Position numbers and translations under genes: made by a program
Notes under the pieces: generated by a model
What the model saw: only the letters and a program-made list of their open reading frames with translations
Told to the model about the DNA's origin: nothing
The model's database searches: none
Assembly (NCBI GenBank): GCA_046350795.1
Contig: JAXLZT010000001.1
Location: forward strand, 309,780-373,779
Length of the DNA: 64,000 bases
DNA from: Minisyncoccota bacterium
Lineage (GTDB): Bacteria; Patescibacteriota; Minisyncoccia; Phycocordibacterales; CALRHW01
Direction: 5' to 3'
In this document: in pieces, positions 1 to 7,792 of the stretch
Layout of the letters: each line of letters begins with the position of its first letter
Position numbering within the stretch: position 1 is the stretch's first letter

Positions 1-941
1 TTGCCACATCTCTTACCAACTATGATTTCGACGTACTCATTGCACGTGAAGCAAAACGTCGTGGTATAAAAATAATAGGTATGGTGAGAAGCTGGGACAA
101 TCTTTCTAGTCACGGTCTGTTGCGTGTGGTTCCTGATATTTTTATTCTTCAGGATGAGTTTTTAAAGGATATGGCTATAGAGTATCAAGCTATAAATACA
201 AAAAATACACCTATCCACATAGTGGGTCTACCACACTATGACATGCTAAAAGATGTCACCTCACTTTTACCGTCCCGTGAAGATTTTTTCAAAAGTGTTG
301 GATTGGATCCAGAAAAGAAACTCATTTTCTATGGTGCTATGGGAGAATTTCTTTTTATTCATGAAGGCGAACTTCCCGAGGTGTTTGAACATCTTGTGCA
401 AGAGAAAAAAATAAAATACCCAGCGCAGTTTCTCTATCGCGCACATCCAAAGTTTAGGATTGATCCAGAAAAAATAAAATCTCTGAAGTCGGTGGTTTTT
501 GATACAGAAGGTAAATATATAAATACAGAGAAAACCGACACGTCTGAAAATGAAAACATACATTTAGCAGCTTCGATATATTATAGTGACGTGGTAGTAA
601 CTGGAGCTTCTACTATAGCTATAGATGCTGCTGTGTTAGACAAGCCAATAGTCTGTATTGGCTTTGATGGAAAAACACCGCTGAAAGATGTAGACTATTG
701 GGAGTCGGTAGAGCGTTTCTATGATCTCTATACCCATTTTGAAGAGCTTATGGATGCTAACGGCGTAAAACTAGCGAAAAAACAAAATGATCTAGCGAAA
801 TATATAAATGAATATATAGAAAGTCCACAACTCGAAGCTGAGGGACGTAAGAAAATAATAGAACGCTTTGTGGCGCCCTTTGATGGAAAAGCTAGTGTGC
901 GTCTAGCAAGATTAGTCTCTAAAGAAATTTCAAAAATATGA
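1..941 (+). CDS. C-terminal part (5'-truncated at window edge) of a CDP-glycerol glycerophosphotransferase-family (TagB/TagF-like) glycosyl/polyol-phosphate transferase
   Basis: The frame-3 ORF is open from nt 3 with no upstream stop, so the gene begins before the window. The C-terminal motif 'YYSDVVVTGASTIAIDAAVLDKPIVCIGFDG' resembles the Glyphos_transf signature (Y.SD...TDySS...D...l.KPii). It is co-located with CMP-sugar synthetase and NeuB-like genes. Confidence 0.5.
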   Translation, partial: ATSLTNYDFDVLIAREAKRRGIKIIGMVRSWDNLSSHGLLRVVPDIFILQDEFLKDMAIEYQAINTKNTPIHIVGLPHYDMLKDVTSLLPSREDFFKSVGLDPEKKLIFYGAMGEFLFIHEGELPEVFEHLVQEKKIKYPAQFLYRAHPKFRIDPEKIKSLKSVVFDTEGKYINTEKTDTSENENIHLAASIYYSDVVVTGASTIAIDAAVLDKPIVCIGFDGKTPLKDVDYWESVERFYDLYTHFEELMDANGVKLAKKQNDLAKYINEYIESPQLEAEGRKKIIERFVAPFDGKASVRLARLVSKEISKI

Positions 942-1660
942 TTCAAAACTATAAAGTGTTTGCTCTAGTGCTTGCTCGTGGAGGCTCAAAAAGAATTCCG
1001 AAGAAAAATATAAAATTACTCGCTGGCAAACCACTGATAGCTTATTCGATAGACGAAGCAAAAAAATCAAAATACATAGACAAACTTATTACATCTACAG
1101 ATGATGTTGAAATAGCGGAGGTTGCAAAACAGTACGGTTGTGATGTGCCATTTATGCGCCCGGCAGATCTAGCGGGAGACTCTGTTACAGATTACCCTGT
1201 CTTTTTACACGCATTAAAATGGCTAAAAGAAAATGAGGGGTATGAACCAGATATTATTGTCCAGCTTCGACCCACATCACCACTTCGTACGGTGGAGCAT
1301 ATAGATGCGGCTATAGAGCTTTTGGTAAAAAATCCAGAAGCAGACTCAGTGCGTACAGTGACCGAACCAGATCAAAGTCCGTACAAAATGTACAAAATAG
1401 GCGAGAGTGGCTCGCTTGAACCACTGCTTACCATCGAAGGAGTAAAAGAATCTTTCAACATGCCCGGACAAAGTTTGCCAAAAGCATATAAACATGTGGG
1501 ATATGTAGATGTCATGTGGCGTCGGACTCTAATAGATAAAGGCCAGATGACTGGATCAAAAATAATTCCTCTAGTATTAGACAAAGCTTATAGTGGAATA
1601 AACAAACCAGAAGATTGGGAATACTATGAATATCTTATTACTAAGCTAACTGACAATTAA
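938..1660 (+). CDS. acylneuraminate / nonulosonic acid cytidylyltransferase (CMP-sugar synthetase, CTP_transf_3 family; NeuA/PseF/LegF-like)
   Basis: The N-terminus 'FALVLARGGSKRIPKKNIKLLAGKPLIAYSI' is the classic CMP-NeuAc/CMP-Kdo synthetase P-loop-like motif. The start codon overlaps the upstream stop (ATGA). Confidence 0.8.
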   Translation: MIQNYKVFALVLARGGSKRIPKKNIKLLAGKPLIAYSIDEAKKSKYIDKLITSTDDVEIAEVAKQYGCDVPFMRPADLAGDSVTDYPVFLHALKWLKENEGYEPDIIVQLRPTSPLRTVEHIDAAIELLVKNPEADSVRTVTEPDQSPYKMYKIGESGSLEPLLTIEGVKESFNMPGQSLPKAYKHVGYVDVMWRRTLIDKGQMTGSKIIPLVLDKAYSGINKPEDWEYYEYLITKLTDN

Positions 1661-1668
1661 TTGTTTTT

Positions 1669-2817
1669 ATGGATACGATTTTTTCTCACAAACCCCACAC
1701 AGAAAAAAATGGTATAAAAAAATATACTAAGACTGATTTTTATTGGGGCATTGTTCCTAGATCAGAAATGGAAAGTTTTAATGCTTTGGGACAAGAAAAG
1801 GGATTTTTACAAGCGCATAAGGAGTTTTCTTTTAAAGAGCGTTTTAATTATGCGGAAAATTATCGACGTGCAGATTTTCATTTTTTATTGCCGTTTAAAA
1901 AAGATTCTGTAATTTTGGATTTGGGTTCTGGTTTTGGCAATGTGACTATACCGATGGCAAAGCACTACAAACACGTTGTTGCTGCGGATGCTTCTCTACC
2001 GTTACTTGAATACTCTAGCTTGCGTGCAAAAAGTGAGAATATAAACAATATTGATTATGTGCAAGTTGATCCTCTTGAAGAGTGTAATCTGCCATTTAAA
2101 CCAAAATCTTTTGACGTAATTATTTTAAATGGAGTCTTAGAGTGGGTTGGTCCAGCAAAAAAAGATGTCTCTCCTACAATCACACAAAAACGTTTTCTTG
2201 CTTATTTGGCCACCCTTCTCAAAGACGATGGATTTTTGTATATAGGAATAGAAAATAGACTTTTTCCGGGGTGGCTCCGTAGAGATCCACATTCAAAGTT
2301 GAAGTATACTTCGATACTTCCTAGGTTTTTGGCAAATTGGTATGCAAAGAAGCACGGTCATGCAGACGGATACAAAACGTATATATATTCATCTTTTGGT
2401 TATAAAAAAATGCTTCGTCAAGCTGGTTTTGGTTTTACAAAATTTTTATATCCATATACTACATACCGAGAACCAGAATATATTTACTCAAACGATACGG
2501 CAGTTAGAAGATTTATTTTTGCTGGTTATTTGAAAAATATTTTTACAAAAAAATGGAGTACTTTTCTGAAATTCCTATCATTTATAAATGCGGATAGGAT
2601 CTTTTTATCTAGTTTTATGATTATAGCTTCAAAGAAGCGGGGAGTAGAGAAAAACACTCCTTATATATACGAAATAGCTAAAAATTTTTCTCCTGATGTA
2701 TTGAAGGACGATGTATATATGAAGGTGCCATCAAAAAATGATAAGGCTAGATTTCTGGTCTTTCATCAAAGTGATAGTAAGCCACATTTAGAGTTTGAGG
2801 TTGAAAGGGTTGGATGA
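1669..2817 (+). CDS. class I SAM-dependent methyltransferase
   Basis: Motif I is 'VILDLGSGFGNVTIPMA', followed by an acidic residue after a beta strand ('VVAADAS'). It sits inside the sugar-modification cluster. Confidence 0.55.
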   Translation: MDTIFSHKPHTEKNGIKKYTKTDFYWGIVPRSEMESFNALGQEKGFLQAHKEFSFKERFNYAENYRRADFHFLLPFKKDSVILDLGSGFGNVTIPMAKHYKHVVAADASLPLLEYSSLRAKSENINNIDYVQVDPLEECNLPFKPKSFDVIILNGVLEWVGPAKKDVSPTITQKRFLAYLATLLKDDGFLYIGIENRLFPGWLRRDPHSKLKYTSILPRFLANWYAKKHGHADGYKTYIYSSFGYKKMLRQAGFGFTKFLYPYTTYREPEYIYSNDTAVRRFIFAGYLKNIFTKKWSTFLKFLSFINADRIFLSSFMIIASKKRGVEKNTPYIYEIAKNFSPDVLKDDVYMKVPSKNDKARFLVFHQSDSKPHLEFEVERVG

Positions 2818-3974
2818 GTATTTTGAGATTAAGTGCGATTACTGGGTTTTTTTTACTATTGTTGTATAATAGCCCCATTATGAATTTCACAGATAAATTG
2901 AAGCATTTTCTTGGTCTTTTGCCAGGAAAGGTGAAGATAGGCAAACAATACGTTGGGGTGGGAGAGCCAGTTTTTATAATTGCTGAAGTTGGTATCAATC
3001 ACAACGGAGATATTGAGATTGCCAAAAAGCTTATAGATGCCGCTGCAGATGCTGGCGCAAATGCCGTAAAATTTCAGAAAAGAACCACAAATGAAATTCT
3101 TACAAAAGAGGGTTTGGAAAAGCCGTATACTTCTGTACACGCTTTTGGTCCTACATACGGTGAACATCGCAACAAGCTAGAGTTTACAGAAAAAGATTAT
3201 AAAGAGCTCAAAGAGTATGCAAAAAATAAAAATGTTTTGTTTTTTGCAAGTGCCTGGGATCAGACCAGCGCTGATTTTCTAGAATCTTTTGATGTAGATG
3301 CATACAAAATTCCTTCTGCTGATACTATAAATATCCCACTGCTTGAGTATGTGGCAAAAAAGAATAAGCCGGTTCTTATTTCTACTGGTATGAACACGAT
3401 GGAGGAAATAGAAGCCGCTGTGCGTACAGTACTAAAACACAATCATCGTGTCGTGGTATTCCATTGTTTGTCTCTATATCCGTCACCCGAAGATAAAATA
3501 AACCTTAGTTTTATGGATGTACTCAAACAAAAGTTTCATCCGCTTCCGGTCGGGTATTCTGGTCATGAAATGGAGCTTATGCCTACTCTAGCGGCTGTAG
3601 CGCGTGGCGCAACTATCATAGAAAGACACCTAACTCTTGATAAGACGATGAAGGGTTCTGATCATGCCGCTTCTCTTGAGCCAGCTCAATTAAAAGAATT
3701 GGTTGATAATATCCGACGTATAGAGAAGATTCTTGGTTCTGCAGATAAGACTATTTACGATGAATTAAAACCGTTAAGGGAAAAATTAGCAAAAAGTATT
3801 GCTACTACAAAAGCCATAAAAAAGGGAACTGTGATTACTCGTGATATGCTTACTGTCAAAGGTCCTGGTACGGGTATTTCTCCAGCAAATCTAGATTTTG
3901 TAGTAGGCAAGATAGCAAAAGAAGATGTGGGTGAGGATGTGATATTGCCAAAGACTGCTGTTGATTTAAATTAA
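2814..3974 (+). CDS. N-acetylneuraminate synthase family enzyme (NeuB/PseI/LegI-like, with C-terminal SAF domain)
   Basis: 'PVFIIAEVGINHNGDIEIAKKLIDAAADAGANAVKFQ' is the diagnostic NeuB N-terminal motif, and the C-terminal 'ITRDMLTVKGPGTGISP' is SAF-like. The true start may be the in-frame ATG at 2880 (MNFTDKL...), because the first 22 codons look like a spurious hydrophobic extension. Confidence 0.85.
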   Translation: MSILRLSAITGFFLLLLYNSPIMNFTDKLKHFLGLLPGKVKIGKQYVGVGEPVFIIAEVGINHNGDIEIAKKLIDAAADAGANAVKFQKRTTNEILTKEGLEKPYTSVHAFGPTYGEHRNKLEFTEKDYKELKEYAKNKNVLFFASAWDQTSADFLESFDVDAYKIPSADTINIPLLEYVAKKNKPVLISTGMNTMEEIEAAVRTVLKHNHRVVVFHCLSLYPSPEDKINLSFMDVLKQKFHPLPVGYSGHEMELMPTLAAVARGATIIERHLTLDKTMKGSDHAASLEPAQLKELVDNIRRIEKILGSADKTIYDELKPLREKLAKSIATTKAIKKGTVITRDMLTVKGPGTGISPANLDFVVGKIAKEDVGEDVILPKTAVDLN

Positions 3975-3992
3975 AAATAAAAAGCAAAGAAC

Positions 3993-6185
3993 ATGATAAA
4001 AAATCTAAAAATTATTATTTTATCTGGTCTGTTTGCAACACCCATTATTCCGTTCATTGTGATGAACAGTTTATTTTTTCCCTTTATTACTGGTAAAGCT
4101 TTTGTTTTTAGAATTCTAACGGAAATTTTGTTTTGTCTCTGGGTTATCTTGATGGTAAAGGATGAATCTTATAGACCAAAAAAGTCATGGATTCTTTACG
4201 TGATTTCTGCTTTTGTTGCAGTAATATTTCTAGCAGATATTTTTGGTGTAAATTTTTATAGGAGTTTTTGGAGCAATTTTGAGAGAATGGATGGTTTTAT
4301 TACACTCCTTCATCTTTTTGTCTATTTTATTATTTTGGGTACCACTTTTAAAACAGAAAAAATCTGGAATTATTTTTTCAACACCACATTGGTGGCAAGC
4401 ACCATACTTTGTCTTTTTTATGCACTTCCTCAGATATACGGTAGCGCAGCTATTCATCAGAGTGCAGATCGTGTTGATGCTACATTGGGCAACGCTACGT
4501 ATTTGGCTGTGTATGCCCTTATTCATATTTTTATTGCACTGTATCTAATGATGCGTTCAAAAAATATCTATCTAAAGCTTACTTATGTAGCAGTGATGGC
4601 TTTACAGTTTCTTGTGATGTACAAAACTCAGACGAGAGGTGCAATGCTTGGCTTGGTTGGTGGGCTTTTTATTTCCATGATAATTATTGCTTTTCGTGAA
4701 AGGGAGAGAAAAACTGTTCGTAAAATATCTATCGGTATCCTTGTTGCACTAGTATTTGTTGTTGGAAGCTTTTTTGCCATTAGGAATAGTGATTTTGTGA
4801 AAAAGAGTCCTACATTGAGTAGATTTGCTGGTATTTCTCTTTCAGAAAATTTTTTAAAAAGTCAGGGAAGATATTATATCTGGCCTATGGCTATATCTGG
4901 TTTTAAGGAACATCCTATCTTGGGTTGGGGTCAAGAAAATTTCAATTATGTTTTTAGTAAAAATTTTGATCCGAGAATGTACAATCAGGAGCAATGGTTT
5001 GACCGAGCGCATAACGTAGTATTGGATTGGTTGGTGGCTGGAGGACTTTTGGGGTTGCTTGCTTATTTATCTCTTTTTGTTGCGTTACTTTATTGTATCT
5101 GGCGTGGTAAGGGAGGTGAATTTTCTATTTCAGATAAAAGTATCTTGACGGGTTTAGTCTGTGCTTATTTTTTCCAGAATCTTTTCGTTTTTGACAATCT
5201 TTCTAGTTATCTTTTGTTTTTTGCTTTGTTGGCTTATGTATATGCAATACGCACCCCATCTGATGCAAAAGTTGTTGCAGAGAAATTGCATACAAATAGT
5301 ATTGTGGGGAAAAACATTTTCATCTCTGTAGCGATTTTGGTTACTTTTTTCATTATTTTTTCATGGAATATAAAGCCAATACAGGCAAATAGAAGCCTGC
5401 TAAATGCTGTGGCACCAGAATCAAATGGTCAATTTGATTACGCAAAAGATTTTGAGTCTTTTAAGAAAGCTATTTCTTACAATACTTTTGGTACAGCAGA
5501 GGCTAGAGAGCACTTTATATTTCTTGCAAACAAGTTAAATACCAATGAGACTCCGCAGGATCTGCGCACAGCTGTTTTTCAGGGAGCTGCAACTGAAATG
5601 GATAAGCAAATAAAAGAGGGTGCTGAGCCAGATGCTAGATATTATCTATTTTTAGGTTCACTTTTGGGTGGTTATGGTTTAGCTGATCAGGCTACATTAT
5701 ATTTAAAGAAGGCTCACGAGCTTAGTCCCAAAAGGCAGTCGGTATATTTTGAGATGATAAATGTTATGTTGCAACAGGGTAAGATGGATGCGGCTTTGGC
5801 TTATGCAAAGGAAGCTTATATGCTTGAGCCTTCATATGCAGTTGCCAGAATCACATATTTTACTATTGCTCTAAGAGCAAAGAAACCAGATCTTGCAAAG
5901 GAGATAATATCTGGAATGGATGAAAAAGATTATATATTTGATGATCGGGTTTTGGGAACATATCTTGATTTAAAGAAAAATGACGAAGCGTTAGCTATAC
6001 TAAAACGAAGGATAGAGCTTGATCCAAAGAATCCACAATACAGAATTTCTTTATCAGCTTTCTATCTTTCTATAGGTAATAAGTTTATGTCTAAAAATGT
6101 TATAAAAGATTTTATCGCTATAGATCCAGTGCAGTTTCAGGCGCAAGGCGAGTATTATTTAAATCAGATAGATCAGAGTAAGTAA
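3993..6185 (+). CDS. polytopic membrane protein with O-antigen ligase/polymerase-like (Wzy_C) core and C-terminal TPR repeats
   Basis: It has about 10 hydrophobic helices. 'MYKTQTRGAMLGLVGG' matches the Wzy_C/O-antigen ligase signature (RGA..G). The C-terminal ~250 aa are TPR-like (repeated A..A..Y..A.......A pattern). Confidence 0.6.
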   Translation: MIKNLKIIILSGLFATPIIPFIVMNSLFFPFITGKAFVFRILTEILFCLWVILMVKDESYRPKKSWILYVISAFVAVIFLADIFGVNFYRSFWSNFERMDGFITLLHLFVYFIILGTTFKTEKIWNYFFNTTLVASTILCLFYALPQIYGSAAIHQSADRVDATLGNATYLAVYALIHIFIALYLMMRSKNIYLKLTYVAVMALQFLVMYKTQTRGAMLGLVGGLFISMIIIAFRERERKTVRKISIGILVALVFVVGSFFAIRNSDFVKKSPTLSRFAGISLSENFLKSQGRYYIWPMAISGFKEHPILGWGQENFNYVFSKNFDPRMYNQEQWFDRAHNVVLDWLVAGGLLGLLAYLSLFVALLYCIWRGKGGEFSISDKSILTGLVCAYFFQNLFVFDNLSSYLLFFALLAYVYAIRTPSDAKVVAEKLHTNSIVGKNIFISVAILVTFFIIFSWNIKPIQANRSLLNAVAPESNGQFDYAKDFESFKKAISYNTFGTAEAREHFIFLANKLNTNETPQDLRTAVFQGAATEMDKQIKEGAEPDARYYLFLGSLLGGYGLADQATLYLKKAHELSPKRQSVYFEMINVMLQQGKMDAALAYAKEAYMLEPSYAVARITYFTIALRAKKPDLAKEIISGMDEKDYIFDDRVLGTYLDLKKNDEALAILKRRIELDPKNPQYRISLSAFYLSIGNKFMSKNVIKDFIAIDPVQFQAQGEYYLNQIDQSK

Positions 6186-6295
6186 TTTTGCATTTCCTAA
6201 CGTTTCTTCATTGACTTTTTTGGTATATTCTGCTAGTGTATTGTGTATGAGTGCAAGCGTATGCTTGCTTCAAAACAAACGAATGTCTGCGTAAG

Positions 6296-6325
6296 GCCCC
6301 ACCTCGTGTGGGGTTTTGCGTTTTT
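6296..6325 (+). terminator. rho-independent terminator (GC hairpin ccccac-ctcgt-gtgggg followed by a T-run)
   Basis: The sequence is aggCCCCACctcgtGTGGGGttttgcgttttt, lying downstream of the 3993..6185 gene. Confidence 0.6.
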
Positions 6326-6336
6326 GTAGGGTGGCA

Positions 6337-6342
6337 TATAAT
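6337..6342 (+). promoter_or_regulatory. candidate -10 box (TATAAT) upstream of murB
   Basis: A perfect TATAAT hexamer lies ~100 nt upstream of the murB start. The -35 is weak (TTGCGT). Confidence 0.3.
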
Positions 6343-6443
6343 ATAAGTGTATATTGTGTCTGGCCATGATCGGCGATTGCACTCATAGACATTTGTTTTG
6401 GAGCTCGCACCGCCGATCATGATCTGACGCAATCCCAACTATC

Positions 6444-7469
6444 ATGGACCATATTCAATCCGACGTACCACTTTCTATTCATACGACTTTCAGGATAGGT
6501 GGTCCAGCTAAGTATTTTGTTTCTATTACAAATTTAGATGAACTGAAAGACGCTGTTTTATTTGCTCGTGAAAAGGGTTTGCCGATTTTTATACTAGGTG
6601 GAGGCTCAAATACATTAGTTTCAGATTCTGGTTTTAATGGCGTTGTCTTGAAAATTGAAATAATAGGTATTGAATTTAATCAAATCTCAGATAATGAATG
6701 TGAAATAGTGATGGGTGCTGGTGAGGAGTGGGATAAGGTTGTCGAGCTTTCTGTCTCACGAGGTTTTTCTGGCTTTGAAAATTTATCTGGAATACCAGGT
6801 ACTGTCGGTGCTTCACCGGTACAAAATATAGGTGCGTATGGTAGGGAAATAAAAGATTGTATTTCTTTTGTTGAGGTTTTTGATACAGAAAATCTTACGT
6901 TCAAAAAAATGCTACCAGAAGATTGTCTTTTTGATTATAGGGATAGTGTGTTTAAAAAAGAAGAGGGAAAGAAGTTTGTCGTTACAAGGGTTGGTTGTAT
7001 TTTAAAAAAAGATGTCTCTGTAGACATTTCATATAAAGATTTAAATAGTTTTTTTGAAAAAGTAGATAAGAAAAACATCACTCCCTCTATGGTGCGAGAT
7101 GCTGTTGTTGAAATAAGAAAAAATAAATTACCAGATTTAAAAATTTTCGGCACCGCTGGCTCTTTTTTTAAAAATCCAATAATTTCAAATGAACATTATG
7201 AATTGTTGAAAGAAAAATTTGGAGATATCCCATGTTTTGATTTTTCTAATGAAATGAAAAAGGTTTCGGCAGCTTGGATTTTAGATAATGTTTGCAATTT
7301 CAAGGGATACAGAGAAGGAAATGTTGGTGTTTATAAAAACCAATCTCTTGTAATTGTAAATTTTGGTGGTGCTACTGCAGATGAAATAAAAAATTTATCA
7401 AAAAAAATGTGTGAGTGCGTGAAAAAAAATACAGACATAAATCTTTCTCCAGAAATTATTTTCGTGTAA
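6444..7469 (+). CDS. murB: UDP-N-acetylenolpyruvoylglucosamine reductase (MurB)
   Basis: It carries the FAD-binding domain motifs 'FRIGGPAKYFV...LPIFILGGGSNTLVSD' and a C-terminal MurB domain. Length is 341 aa. Confidence 0.85.
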   Translation: MDHIQSDVPLSIHTTFRIGGPAKYFVSITNLDELKDAVLFAREKGLPIFILGGGSNTLVSDSGFNGVVLKIEIIGIEFNQISDNECEIVMGAGEEWDKVVELSVSRGFSGFENLSGIPGTVGASPVQNIGAYGREIKDCISFVEVFDTENLTFKKMLPEDCLFDYRDSVFKKEEGKKFVVTRVGCILKKDVSVDISYKDLNSFFEKVDKKNITPSMVRDAVVEIRKNKLPDLKIFGTAGSFFKNPIISNEHYELLKEKFGDIPCFDFSNEMKKVSAAWILDNVCNFKGYREGNVGVYKNQSLVIVNFGGATADEIKNLSKKMCECVKKNTDINLSPEIIFV

Positions 7470-7602
7470 TCAAGTTATCCACACTTGCTTATAAAAAAAT
7501 ATTGTATTTGAAATATATATGTACGATAATTAATGGTGTAAGCTTTGTCATTAAAAAGGTCGTTGAACAAAGTAACTTTAAAAATTTTCAAACAAAAATA
7601 TC

Positions 7603-7695
7603 ATGGCTGCAAAAAAACGAAAAGCTCCTGCAAAAAAACGAAAAGCTGCAAAGAAGACAACAAAAAAGCGAAAAGCTTCAAAGCGACGACGATAG
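7603..7695 (+). CDS. very small (30 aa) lysine/arginine-rich basic protein MAAKKRKAPAKKRKAAKKTTKKRKASKRRR (possible histone-H1-like/nucleoid- or ribosome-associated peptide)
   Basis: This is my own frame-1 translation. The ORF ends 30 nt before a clean terminator hairpin (7725..7756). The two longer ORFs in the track (7415..7705, 7545..7766) are in other frames and read through the terminator. Confidence 0.4.
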   Translation: MAAKKRKAPAKKRKAAKKTTKKRKASKRRR

Positions 7696-7724
7696 TCTCA
7701 AGTGACCCTAAAAAGGGTAAAAAT

Positions 7725-7756
7725 AACCACTCAGAAATGAGTGGTTATTTTTTTAT
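7725..7756 (+). terminator. rho-independent terminator
   Basis: The sequence is AACCACtcagaaatgaGTGGTTatttttttat. Confidence 0.65.
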
Positions 7757-7792
7757 AAAACCCTAAAATGTGCTACAATACCCGCACAACTT

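Noticed and set aside
6208-6438. 76-aa minus-strand ORF between the Wzy/TPR gene and murB
   Set aside because: It covers an intergenic region that contains a plus-strand terminator hairpin, a TATAAT box and an inverted repeat. It has no RBS or protein-like features.
7415-7766. Track ORFs 7415..7705 and 7545..7766 (Lys-rich)
   Set aside because: Both read through or into the intrinsic terminator hairpin at 7725..7756. The 30-codon frame-1 ORF ending before the terminator is the more plausible gene.
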